The translations under genes and the position numbers were made by a program. This document shows, piece after piece, positions 1-8,536 of a stretch of DNA of 32,000 nucleotides (position 1 is the first letter of the stretch; every line of letters begins with the position of its first letter). The stretch covers positions 5,760,001 to 5,792,000 of the forward strand of contig NC_009925.1 of NCBI RefSeq assembly GCF_000018105.1, in the 5' to 3' direction. The stretch is from Acaryochloris marina MBIC11017. Lineage in GTDB: Bacteria; Cyanobacteriota; Cyanobacteriia; Thermosynechococcales; Thermosynechococcaceae. The notes below the pieces were generated by a model. It was not told the origin of the DNA. It ran no database searches and saw only the letters and a program-made list of their open reading frames with translations.

Positions 1-3
1 CCT

Positions 4-39
4 TCTTAAGCATGGAACAGATCTTAAGCACAGAACAGA
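4..39 (+). repeat. Tandem 18-bp direct repeat upstream of dnaK
   Basis: tcttaagcatggaacaga (4-21) and tcttaagcacagaacaga (22-39) share 16 of 18 positions. The second copy covers the expected -35 position relative to a TAAAAT at 55-60. Confidence 0.5.
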
Positions 40-121
40 ATCCGTTTAGCAGGATAAAATATTAAATTCAACGGTTCACGATACAGATCGCACCAGGCTG
101 GCGATAGGAGAAATAGAGTTC

Positions 122-2134
122 ATGGGCAGAATTGTCGGCATTGACCTAGGTACTACTAATTCAGTGGTGGCAGTGATGGAAGGGGGCAAGCCAGTGGTGA
201 TTGCCAATACCGAAGGTAGCCGTACAACTCCTTCTGTGGTGGCGTTTGGCAAAGAAGGTGAACGGCTGATAGGTCAGCTGGCCCGCAGACAAACCGTCCT
301 CAATCCCCAGAATACCTTCTATGCCTTTAAGCGATTCCTGGGGCGTCGGTATAGTGAACTATCGGCTTTTTCCAAACGGGTGCCCTATACAATTCGGCGC
401 GACCAGGCGGACAATGTCAAAATTAAATGCCCAGCTTTGGAGCGAGAATTCGCCCCGGAAGAAGTATCGGCCATGATTCTGCGGAAACTGGCGGATGAGG
501 CGAGCCGTTTTCTGGGAGAACCCATTACTGGGGCAGTGATTACGGTGCCTGCCTACTTTAATGATGCTCAGCGACAGGCCACGCGGGATGCGGGGCGAAT
601 TGCGGGGTTAGAGGTCAAGCGGATTATCAATGAGCCGACGGCGGCAGCCCTGGCCTATGGACTGGACAATCAGTACAACCAGACGGTGATGGTGGTTGAT
701 TTAGGCGGCGGGACCTTTGATGTCTCGATCCTAGATGTGGGAGATTCGGTCTTTGAAGTGCGAGCGACGGCTGGAGACACGCAATTAGGCGGCACGGACT
801 TTGACCGGGTGATCGTCGATTGGCTGGCGGAACAGTTTCTAGAGAAAGAAAATATTGATTTGCGCCGGGAACCCCAGTCTTTACAGCGCCTGACGGAAGC
901 GGCGGAAAAGGCCAAAGTTGAACTATCGGGCTTGCCGGAGACCAATGTGAGCCTGCCCTTTATCACGGCGACAGAAGAAGGCCCCAAACATATGGATGTG
1001 GTGTTGAGCCGGGGGCAGTTTGAGAATTTATGTGCCGATCTAGCAGAGCGACTACAGGCTCCGGTGGAGAGGGCTTTGCGGGATAGTAATCTTCGCTCCA
1101 TCGATATTGATGAAGTGGTGTTAGTGGGCGGCTCCACCCGCATCCCCATGGTCCAGACCTTGATCGGTCAGATGATCAATAAGCGTCCCAATCAGAATGT
1201 TAACCCGGATGAAGTGGTGGCTGTGGGAGCAGCGATCCAGGCTGGGATTACGGCAGGGGATTTGCAAGATATTTTCTTGTTGGATGTGACCCCCCTGTCC
1301 TTTGGCCTAGAAACCATTGGTGGGGTGATGAAGACCCTAATTCCCCGCAATACGACGATTCCCGTGCGGCGGTCTGATGTCTTTTCAACGGCCCAGGACA
1401 ATCAAAACCAGGTGGAAGTCCATGTGCTCCAAGGAGAGCGACAGCTAGCCAATAATAATAAATCCTTGGGACGATTTCAGCTGCGGGGTATTCCCCCCGC
1501 CCCCCGAGGGGTGCCCCAGGTCCAGGTGTCTTTTGATATCGATGCCAATGGCATTCTGCAAGTGACGGCGATGGATAAATATACGGGCCGAGAACAAACC
1601 ATTACGGTCCAAGGGGCGGCCAATCTGTCGGATTCTGAAGTCAACCGCATGCTCCAAGAAGCGGAGCAGTTTGCTGATAAGGATCGCCTGCGTCGGGAGC
1701 GCATTGATAAGCGGAACCGGGGGCAAGATCTGATTAGCCAATGCGATCGCAAGTTAAGAGAAATCACCCTAGATTTTGGTCCCCAGTTTGCCAGCAACCT
1801 CAGAAGGCGGGTCGAAACCCTCTCCCGAGATTTGCAAGACAGCATTAACCAGGATCAGGATCGTCAAATTGATTTGGACTATGCCAATCTCCAGGACGCC
1901 CTATACGAACTTAATCAAGAGGTGGCTCGCGTCAATCAAGAGTACTACGATGATGAAGAAGAGCTGTTCCCCTTGCCTTCCATGTCTTCCATTAGTGAGG
2001 CGGTCTCTAAAGGGGTGAATAAAGGCGTGGAATTGGTGACCGGGCGACCATCCTCAGATGATCCGCCCCCTCGTCGATCTTCGAGTCGAATGGATGGTGA
2101 CTTCTGGGAAGACTGGGATGATGATGATTGGTAA
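122..2134 (+). CDS. dnaK: Hsp70 chaperone DnaK paralog (670 aa) with an acidic, Trp-containing C-terminal tail
   Basis: ATG at 122 is preceded by AGGAG (106-110). Hsp70 signatures are present: IDLGTTNS, IINEPTAAALAYG, DLGGGTFDVS, VLVGGSTRIP. The C-terminus is ...RMDGDFWEDWDDDDW. A J-protein gene follows 49 nt downstream on the same strand. Confidence 0.95.
   Translation: MGRIVGIDLGTTNSVVAVMEGGKPVVIANTEGSRTTPSVVAFGKEGERLIGQLARRQTVLNPQNTFYAFKRFLGRRYSELSAFSKRVPYTIRRDQADNVKIKCPALEREFAPEEVSAMILRKLADEASRFLGEPITGAVITVPAYFNDAQRQATRDAGRIAGLEVKRIINEPTAAALAYGLDNQYNQTVMVVDLGGGTFDVSILDVGDSVFEVRATAGDTQLGGTDFDRVIVDWLAEQFLEKENIDLRREPQSLQRLTEAAEKAKVELSGLPETNVSLPFITATEEGPKHMDVVLSRGQFENLCADLAERLQAPVERALRDSNLRSIDIDEVVLVGGSTRIPMVQTLIGQMINKRPNQNVNPDEVVAVGAAIQAGITAGDLQDIFLLDVTPLSFGLETIGGVMKTLIPRNTTIPVRRSDVFSTAQDNQNQVEVHVLQGERQLANNNKSLGRFQLRGIPPAPRGVPQVQVSFDIDANGILQVTAMDKYTGREQTITVQGAANLSDSEVNRMLQEAEQFADKDRLRRERIDKRNRGQDLISQCDRKLREITLDFGPQFASNLRRRVETLSRDLQDSINQDQDRQIDLDYANLQDALYELNQEVARVNQEYYDDEEELFPLPSMSSISEAVSKGVNKGVELVTGRPSSDDPPPRRSSSRMDGDFWEDWDDDDW
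1743..1750. repeat. HIP1 octamer GCGATCGC (first of 12 copies)
   Basis: Exact copies start at 1743, 3616, 3746, 6262, 8415, 11481, 14284, 17799, 18327, 24757, 28597 and 31959. Confidence 0.9.
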
Positions 2135-2183
2135 ACTCAACGGTATCGTTGCAAATTTGGCGAACTAGGCTAACAAGAGGTAG

Positions 2184-3128
2184 ATGCAGAACTTCCGCAA
2201 TTACTACGACATTCTTAAGGTGTCTAAAGAGGCATCCACGGAAGAGATTAAGCGTTCCTATCGAAAATTAGCCCGGCAATATCATCCCGATTTGAACCCG
2301 GGCGATAAAGCGGCGGAAGAGCAGTTCAAAACCATCAGTGAAGCCTACGATGTCTTGTCGGATGTCGAAAAGCGTTCTAAGTACGATCAGTTTGGCCAAT
2401 ATTGGCAGCAACAAGGATTTCAAAAATCGAGCAGTCCCCAATCCACGAAGAAATGGGGGGGACAAACCAATCCCTTTGTCTCTGATAAGGTGGATTTTAG
2501 TGAATTTGCAGATTTCCAAGAGTTTTTAGATCAGCTCTTAGAGCGGCCCTATGGCAAGAAGAGCAATGCTCGTAAGCAAACGAGGAAGAAGCCGAAATCG
2601 TCCTCGGTGGGTCAGCGAGATGCCGAAGCTCGCCTGACTCTGCCCTTGGAAAAGGCTTATGCCGGGGGCCGAGAGCGTATTCGCCTAGAAGATGGACGGT
2701 CCTTAGAAGTGTCGATGCCCATGGGGATGGTGTCGGGCCAGCGCATTCGTCTGAAGGGGCAGGGAACTTCCGGCGGTGACCTTTATCTCAAAATTGATGT
2801 TTCGCCCCATGCCTTCTATCGCTTAGAAGGGAACGATATTATTTGCGAACTACCGATTACCTGTGCAGAAGCCATCCTGGGGGGACAAATCGAAGCCCCC
2901 ACCTTAGACGGATGGGTGAAGGTGACCATTCCTAGTGGGGTTCGTTCTGGCCAGCGGCTACGGCTGGGGGGGAAAGGATACCCGGCTTCAAATGGAAAGC
3001 GAGGCGATCAATTAGTTGAGATTCGCATTGAATCGCCTAAAAATATTAGTCCTAGAGAGCGGGAACTCTACGAACAAATCCGCCAAATTGAAACCTATAA
3101 ACCACGGGCAAATTTACCGATTATGTGA
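2184..3128 (+). CDS. dnaJ: DnaJ-family co-chaperone, type II (J-domain, no zinc-finger domain), 314 aa
   Basis: The N-terminal J-domain (YYDILKV...YRKLARQYHPDLNP...AYDVLSD) carries the HPD tripeptide. No CxxCxGxG repeats are present; the only two Cys are in IICELPITC. The C-terminal part resembles the DnaJ/CbpA substrate-binding domains (GQRIRLKGQG, GQRLRLGGKG). An AGAGG Shine-Dalgarno (SD) sequence lies just upstream of the ATG. Confidence 0.9.
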   Translation: MQNFRNYYDILKVSKEASTEEIKRSYRKLARQYHPDLNPGDKAAEEQFKTISEAYDVLSDVEKRSKYDQFGQYWQQQGFQKSSSPQSTKKWGGQTNPFVSDKVDFSEFADFQEFLDQLLERPYGKKSNARKQTRKKPKSSSVGQRDAEARLTLPLEKAYAGGRERIRLEDGRSLEVSMPMGMVSGQRIRLKGQGTSGGDLYLKIDVSPHAFYRLEGNDIICELPITCAEAILGGQIEAPTLDGWVKVTIPSGVRSGQRLRLGGKGYPASNGKRGDQLVEIRIESPKNISPRERELYEQIRQIETYKPRANLPIM

Positions 3129-3162
3129 ACTATCTTGATCGGCAGGTATTTTAGCAGCGGCT

Positions 3163-4317
3163 TTAAGATGGCACCCTTAAATTAGGCTGATGTTGAAGAG
3201 CTGCTTTATTCCTAGCTTTTAAGGGTCTAACTGCTAGTAGCTTTGTAATCTCCTTGATATCAGCATTTTTCTGGCGGTAGATTTTTAATTCCACATCAGT
3301 GGCATTGAGCTGAGATTTATATCGTCTCTCAATCGCTTTAAGCTGAGCAGAGTAATGCTGTTTCGCCTGGGCTTCAATCGCCTCATAATTGGCGTCAATG
3401 GGAACTTCTAGGCGGACTGTAAAAGCACCTCCACTTTTCTTTTCAATAGCCTGAATCTCGATGTCACACTGTTCAAATTCCTTGGTAAGCGCTTGGAAAG
3501 CGGCGACAAAGGCCAACCAATCGATACCGTGCAAAAAGAGTAAGTCAATGGTGCCTAAGGGTTTTTGTATTAAGTTGATAAACTCACCGGAGATAAAATC
3601 GCCCGCTAGGGGATGGCGATCGCGTTGGGAAGACTTGAGATAAACATAGGCACAGTCAACTTCATCAAATTTGGTGTCGTTACTGATTTTCCAGTTTTCG
3701 ATACTGGCCCCAGTAAAGGTGGCTCCGGTAAAGTCAGACGAAAGTGCGATCGCATAATCTAGCGACGAATACCGCAAATCGGCCCCGCGCAGATCCGTCC
3801 ATCGCAAATCCGTTTCATATAGGTTGGCTCCCCGCATATCGGCCCAGCGGAGTTCTGTCCAACTGCAATCTGCCTTTCTCAGAATCGAACGGCAAAGGGT
3901 GGCCCCACTCAGGGTAGCCCCTCGGAGGTTAGCCTGGGTGAGTCTGGCAAAGCTAAGGTCAGCCCAACGCATGGTTGCCCCACGCAGTTTGGCATAGCTT
4001 AGGTCCACCTGTTCCAGGGTGGTGCCACTCAAATCGGCTCCCCATAAATAGGCCCCTCTCAAGGTGGCTCGACTCAAATCCGACCAACGCATAAAGGCCC
4101 GACTGAGATTAGCGCCAATTAGGTGAGCATGCCTGAGTTCTGTTCCACTCAGATCCGCACCGCTCAGATCCGCTCGACTGAAATTGATCTTGCTGAGGTT
4201 TTTGCCATTCAGGTTTGCCAATTGCAGATTAGGACGAATATTAGGGTTGGCATCTCTCCACTGATTCCAGGCTTTAACGCCCTGATTCAGTATGTTTAGA
4301 TGCTCTCGACTCGCCAT
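3163..4317 (-). CDS. Pentapeptide-repeat protein with a non-repeat C-terminal domain of about 170 aa
   Basis: About 35 consecutive A(D/N)LxX pentapeptides are visible (ADLSGADLSGTELRHAHLIGANLSRA...). The ORF track starts at a TTG at 4329. The in-frame ATG at 4317 (MASREHL...) is preferred. Confidence 0.85.
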   Translation of the reverse strand: MASREHLNILNQGVKAWNQWRDANPNIRPNLQLANLNGKNLSKINFSRADLSGADLSGTELRHAHLIGANLSRAFMRWSDLSRATLRGAYLWGADLSGTTLEQVDLSYAKLRGATMRWADLSFARLTQANLRGATLSGATLCRSILRKADCSWTELRWADMRGANLYETDLRWTDLRGADLRYSSLDYAIALSSDFTGATFTGASIENWKISNDTKFDEVDCAYVYLKSSQRDRHPLAGDFISGEFINLIQKPLGTIDLLFLHGIDWLAFVAAFQALTKEFEQCDIEIQAIEKKSGGAFTVRLEVPIDANYEAIEAQAKQHYSAQLKAIERRYKSQLNATDVELKIYRQKNADIKEITKLLAVRPLKARNKAALQHQPNLRVPS

Positions 4318-4436
4318 GCTCGACTCCAAAATCCCCTAACATCTCCACTAAAATAACTCTGAAAAAATTTTTTCGCCGCATTTCTGTGAATAAGAGCAAA
4401 AGATTTTGCTAAATCCCTCTATTCGGGGGAAAAAGG

Positions 4437-4464
4437 TTGACAATCCCTGGATTATGTGTAAGAT
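4437..4464 (+). promoter_or_regulatory. Sigma70-like promoter candidate for the 4495 ORF
   Basis: TTGACA (4437-4442), a 16-nt spacer, then TAAGAT (4459-4464). It lies about 30 nt upstream of the ATG at 4495. Confidence 0.4.
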
Positions 4465-4494
4465 AGCTTCAACGTCTATGGGTAGGGCTAGTTC

Positions 4495-4947
4495 ATGGCT
4501 GATCAGAGTGGCGAATGGTTATCGGTGGTCGTCAATAATGGATTTCATCTACTGAAACAATTTACCCAGGGAATATGCTTACCTCGGTGGTTAGCTCCCC
4601 TTGGTATGGTGGGGGTATTGTCTGCCTTAGATAAGCTTCTACCTGCCATGCAAAAAGGGTCCTTTTGGGCAGGTATTGGTAGCTATCTGCTAATCGGGAT
4701 TCTGATCGTCAACTTGTTGGCTTTGTCCTTCTTTTTGTATTTACCCGGTCACATTGTAACCTCGACCACCCCTGCAGTAGCTCAGTCTGGCCGAACGCTG
4801 CTGAAACTCTTGCTGATGGGCTGCTTAGTGGTGGTGAAAAACGTGGTGGTCCAGAGCTTGAAACTGGCGTTTGATCTCATCGTCCTGCTATTCGCCGCCT
4901 TGACCTATCCACCTCGCGAAGCCAACCAAATTGCAGCCCACTGCTAA
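4495..4947 (+). CDS. Hypothetical small membrane protein (150 aa)
   Basis: The ORF has 2-3 hydrophobic helices (WAGIGSYLLIGILIVNLLALSFFLYL; LLKLLLMGCLVVV; LAFDLIVLLFAAL). A consensus-like promoter lies upstream. No family was recognised. Confidence 0.55.
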   Translation: MADQSGEWLSVVVNNGFHLLKQFTQGICLPRWLAPLGMVGVLSALDKLLPAMQKGSFWAGIGSYLLIGILIVNLLALSFFLYLPGHIVTSTTPAVAQSGRTLLKLLLMGCLVVVKNVVVQSLKLAFDLIVLLFAALTYPPREANQIAAHC

Positions 4948-4968
4948 GCTGCTGTTGGTGGAGGGGGC

Positions 4969-6429
4969 CTAAAAGCCGTCAAGAAAGGCTGCAGATACCT
5001 GCAAATGCTGGTCTAGCTTGTCGCCCATGCGATCGAGATGGCTGACGGTCATCCGCGTGCGAGGATTGCGCTCAAATAATGATCGATGCTTGTGCATAAA
5101 CCGCCAATACAAACCGTCCCAAAGGGTGCTCCAGTCTCCTGGCTTGAAGTAACTCATCTTGCGCAGGTAGTTGGAAGAACTGACATAGGGTTTAGTAATC
5201 ATTAGGCCCCCGTCGGCATACTGGCCCATGCCATACACATTTGGGACCATCACCCAGTCAAATGCATCGATAAACAACGATGAAAACCACCGATAAACCT
5301 GATCTGGATCGAATTCGCAGAGCAAGAATAGGTTGCTAAACACCATGAGTCGTTCAATATGGTTGGCATAGCTATTGTCCAGCACCCGTGCCATGGCCGA
5401 ATCAAAAGGCAGGATATCGGTGTTGGCGTCCCAAAAATCTTCAGGGATAGGCCGTTGGTGCTGGAAAAAATTAGTGGTTCTTTGGGTTCGTCCTTTTAGC
5501 AGGTAGACACCTCGGACATATTCCCGCCAACCAATTACCTGACGAATAAACCCCTCCAAGGAGTTGAGAGGAATGGGGCGCTCTGCATGCCGGTCTAAGG
5601 TGGCTTGGACGATTTCTTCTGGATGCAATAAACCAATGTTCAGTGCAGGCGTCAACACGGAGTGGAATAAGTAGGATTGGTTTGTATCGATGGCATCTTG
5701 GTAGGCACCATACTGGTCAATGCGGGTTTCTAGGAATTGATAAAGGAATTGCACGGCACTGTCGTGATCAATCGGATAGACAAAACCGTGGCTACTACCT
5801 GGATTACTGGCAAAGTGTTGCTGGGTGTAGATAACGGCCTCTTTGACATAGGTATTGGCTGCAGGCCACTGGATACGAGGAAGCTCAATTTTTTGAGGTA
5901 AGCGCTTCCGATTGTCCGCATCGTAGCTCCATTTGCCTCCTACGGGTCCCTCCCCGTCCAGGAGAATCCCTAATCGCTGGCGCTGTTTGATATAGAAGGA
6001 ATTCATCCGTAAGGATTTGTTGGTAGGCAAAAGGGATTCTAATGCGGAGGTTTGGGTGAGGAAGTTAGGGGTTGGATACCAATACAGCTGGATGTCGAAG
6101 GTCAGTGCTGCTTTATTAATCCGTTGCTCTAACCAGTCATCGGTTACTTCGCAAATATGGGCACAGCGAATGCCCTGGCTCTTGAGAATGGCGAAAACGG
6201 TGGACGAAGATTCAAGGTCATGACTTTCTAAGTATTGGGCAGTTATCCCTTGGGTTTGCAAGCGATCGCCATAGCTTTTCATCGAAGCTCGATGTAGGAT
6301 AATCTTCTTTTGGTGAAAGGGATATTGGCGAAAAAAAAGGGGCTCTTCGATTAAGAAGGAAATACGCTCTGGTGAGACGGCAGGATGAGATTCATATAAC
6401 TGATGAGGGTAAATGAGGGTTGACTCCAT
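4969..6429 (-). CDS. Cryptochrome/photolyase-related protein (COG3046, bacterial (6-4)-photolyase-like), 486 aa from the ATG at 6429
   Basis: Motifs remembered from the PhrB/CryB-like family are present: LIYPHQL, KKIILHRASM, GGKWSYDADNR, GWREYVRGVY, ANHIERLM, ITKPYVSSSNYLRKMS. The track ORF begins at a TTG at 6540. The 37 residues before MESTLIYPHQL do not look like part of the family fold. Confidence 0.8.
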   Translation of the reverse strand: MESTLIYPHQLYESHPAVSPERISFLIEEPLFFRQYPFHQKKIILHRASMKSYGDRLQTQGITAQYLESHDLESSSTVFAILKSQGIRCAHICEVTDDWLEQRINKAALTFDIQLYWYPTPNFLTQTSALESLLPTNKSLRMNSFYIKQRQRLGILLDGEGPVGGKWSYDADNRKRLPQKIELPRIQWPAANTYVKEAVIYTQQHFASNPGSSHGFVYPIDHDSAVQFLYQFLETRIDQYGAYQDAIDTNQSYLFHSVLTPALNIGLLHPEEIVQATLDRHAERPIPLNSLEGFIRQVIGWREYVRGVYLLKGRTQRTTNFFQHQRPIPEDFWDANTDILPFDSAMARVLDNSYANHIERLMVFSNLFLLCEFDPDQVYRWFSSLFIDAFDWVMVPNVYGMGQYADGGLMITKPYVSSSNYLRKMSYFKPGDWSTLWDGLYWRFMHKHRSLFERNPRTRMTVSHLDRMGDKLDQHLQVSAAFLDGF

Positions 6430-6623
6430 GAGTCTTCTCTTCTGTTTTGGCAACAGTTCCCTATCATACAAACTCTTATCAGGACTGCTTAGGAAATGAA
6501 GGGGTAGGCGATGAGTTGAGGTCACCTGGTAATTGCACAACTACTGGAAACCTTGAGCCTGAATCTTGAAAACTTTTCGGCTGGGCATACTTTAACTTGA
6601 GAGAACATCAATGTTTTGTGGTT

Positions 6624-8519
6624 ATGCAACGGTGGTTTCAGTGGATCTCCTTTAAAAAAATCTCCACACCTGAGGAGTTTGATGCTTTAGTTTGCCGAGT
6701 TGAGAGGATGGCTCACCGAAATCCAGGTTTCTACCGGAGTCGGTTAAGACTATTAGCCTGTTTAGGTTATGTCTATATTTTGGCTGTTTTTGTCTTGCTC
6801 TTTGCTGGTTTATGGGGAATTCGACTGTACTTAACCACTATCCAAGACCTGGAAACCATTGAATCGCTTAATTATGTGACTATTCTGGTTGGATTTAGTC
6901 TGTTGCGCTTGTTTTTCGTTCGTTTTGATCGCCCCAAGGGGATTCCCTTGACTCGGCAACAAGTCCCTGAGCTGTTTGCCATGCTTGATGAATTAGCATC
7001 GGTTATGAAAGCTCCTAAGTTGAACAATGTCATCCTCAATGGGGAGCTTAATGCTGCGATTGTTCAGCGTCCTCGGTTGGGATTTATTGGTTGGCAAAGC
7101 AACTATTTGTTAATGGGACTGCCCCTGATGCAAGCACTGTCTCCCCAGCAATGTAAAGCAGTATTAGCCCATGAGCTTGCCCATCTTTGTGGAGATGATG
7201 GTCGGGTATCCGCATGGATCTATCAAATTCGTCGGACTTGGTACGATCTAGCAGAACAATTTGAGTATAGTAGTGGGGGATTTCTGTTTTACCGCTTCTT
7301 TAGCTGGTATGGACCATTCTTTCGTGCGTTTTCGTTTGTCCATGCTCGCGCTCAAGAGTATGAGGCCGATCAGCAGGTAATAGAAGTAGTGGGGGGTCAC
7401 CATCTAGCCGAGGCACTCATTTGGCTTTATGTGTATGATCATCTGCTCTTAAAAGAGTATTGGTCCACCCATTACCATCGAGCACTCCACCAGCCAGAAC
7501 CGGATGATGATTCTATTTCCCAAATTCTCCAGGTTCTTAGATCAGGACTATCTCCAGATCAATATTGTCGATGGTTGGCCCTATGCCTTGCGCGACAAAC
7601 CACCAATGCCTCGACTCATCCCTGTTTATCAGAACGTCTGGAAAGGCTGGATTATATCCCCGCAGAATTAGCTCCTCCTGAGTTGAACGCTACAGTTTTA
7701 CTGGGGGATAAATTTGCTGACTTAACTGCTCAATTAAATCAGTTTCAAAAACAGAAAGAAATCGAGGAGTGGGCTGATGATCATGACTATAGTCAACATC
7801 AGTTGGCTTGGTTACACCGTTTGAATCAGAAGCCTGAACATCTGCTCACCCCAGAAGAAAAAATGAAACGGGCTTCAACCACCTGGCAACTTCAGGATCA
7901 ACAGCAGGCACTATCCATGTTCCAATCGATTATTGCTGAGAACCCGAATCAGGTTGGTGCTCGCTATTGGGTTGGATACTTACTGACAGAAGAAGGGCAG
8001 GCCGATGGAGTGACACACCTTGAGTTTGCGATGGATCATGATCCTTCACTTGTGATACCTGCTTGTCGTCAGCTCTACGGTTACTATCACCAACGATACC
8101 AACCAGATCGGGCTGGACCCTATAAACAGCGATGGCAGAACCATCAGAAAGTTTGGAAGATGGCCCTGGCGGAACGATCGAAGTTTGCGCAGGATACCCA
8201 ATACAAACCTCATGGATTACCGGATGCAGAAATTCGACAGCTAACGGAGTACTTCTCCAGTTATCCAGAAATAAAATCGGTCTATTTAGCTCAAAGGGTG
8301 CTTGAACGTTTTCCTGAATGTCCCTACTTTGTATTTGGGATGACTCGACGTCCATTTCATAGAAAGAAGCATGATTTTTATAGCAACCAGAAACTGAAGG
8401 GCTTGATCAATTGTGCGATCGCATTCTCGTCTGACTATGTCTTGCATTTCCTGGATGAGCTGGTCAATTGGGAACGTTTAAAACGGCTGCCAGGAGCCAA
8501 AATATATCCCCAGAGATAG
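6624..8519 (+). CDS. M48-family zinc metallopeptidase, membrane-anchored, with a long C-terminal helical (TPR-like) extension
   Basis: HExxH is present (AHELAHL), with a downstream EYEAD third-ligand region. N-terminal TM helices are visible (LLACLGYVYILAVFVLLFAGLWGI). The track start at 6597 is a TTG. The first in-frame ATG is at 6624. Confidence 0.75.
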   Translation: MQRWFQWISFKKISTPEEFDALVCRVERMAHRNPGFYRSRLRLLACLGYVYILAVFVLLFAGLWGIRLYLTTIQDLETIESLNYVTILVGFSLLRLFFVRFDRPKGIPLTRQQVPELFAMLDELASVMKAPKLNNVILNGELNAAIVQRPRLGFIGWQSNYLLMGLPLMQALSPQQCKAVLAHELAHLCGDDGRVSAWIYQIRRTWYDLAEQFEYSSGGFLFYRFFSWYGPFFRAFSFVHARAQEYEADQQVIEVVGGHHLAEALIWLYVYDHLLLKEYWSTHYHRALHQPEPDDDSISQILQVLRSGLSPDQYCRWLALCLARQTTNASTHPCLSERLERLDYIPAELAPPELNATVLLGDKFADLTAQLNQFQKQKEIEEWADDHDYSQHQLAWLHRLNQKPEHLLTPEEKMKRASTTWQLQDQQQALSMFQSIIAENPNQVGARYWVGYLLTEEGQADGVTHLEFAMDHDPSLVIPACRQLYGYYHQRYQPDRAGPYKQRWQNHQKVWKMALAERSKFAQDTQYKPHGLPDAEIRQLTEYFSSYPEIKSVYLAQRVLERFPECPYFVFGMTRRPFHRKKHDFYSNQKLKGLINCAIAFSSDYVLHFLDELVNWERLKRLPGAKIYPQR

Positions 8520-8536
8520 GGGAGTCTAGCTGAGTC

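Noticed and set aside
46-51. TTAGCA upstream of dnaK as a possible CIRCE (HrcA) operator half-site
   Set aside because: The full CIRCE element, TTAGCACTC-N9-GAGTGCTAA, is not present. There is no inverted partner downstream.
670-2018. Several ORFs of 69-159 aa that are antisense to, or out of frame within, dnaK (670-1149, 1192-1401, 1445-1741, 1477-1845, 1776-2018)
   Set aside because: They lie entirely inside an unambiguous Hsp70 reading frame. Their composition is Arg/Ser/Pro-rich, typical of the shadow frames of a GC-biased gene. None shows a recognisable motif.
2138-2151. A small hairpin, CAACG-GTAT-CGTTG, between dnaK and dnaJ as an attenuator or terminator
   Set aside because: The stem is only 5 bp and there is no following U-run. 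It is too weak to call.
6430-6540. N-terminal extensions in the ORF track (6430-6540, 13923-13961, 9665-9760, 4318-4329, 6597-6623, 16056-16079)
   Set aside because: At least four of the six begin at TTG (I checked 6540, 6597, 4329 and 16079; 9760 and 13961 were not checked), and the extensions precede the point where family homology or a signal peptide starts. The internal ATG, or the SD-supported TTG for metK, gives canonical N-termini. The exact starts remain unverified.
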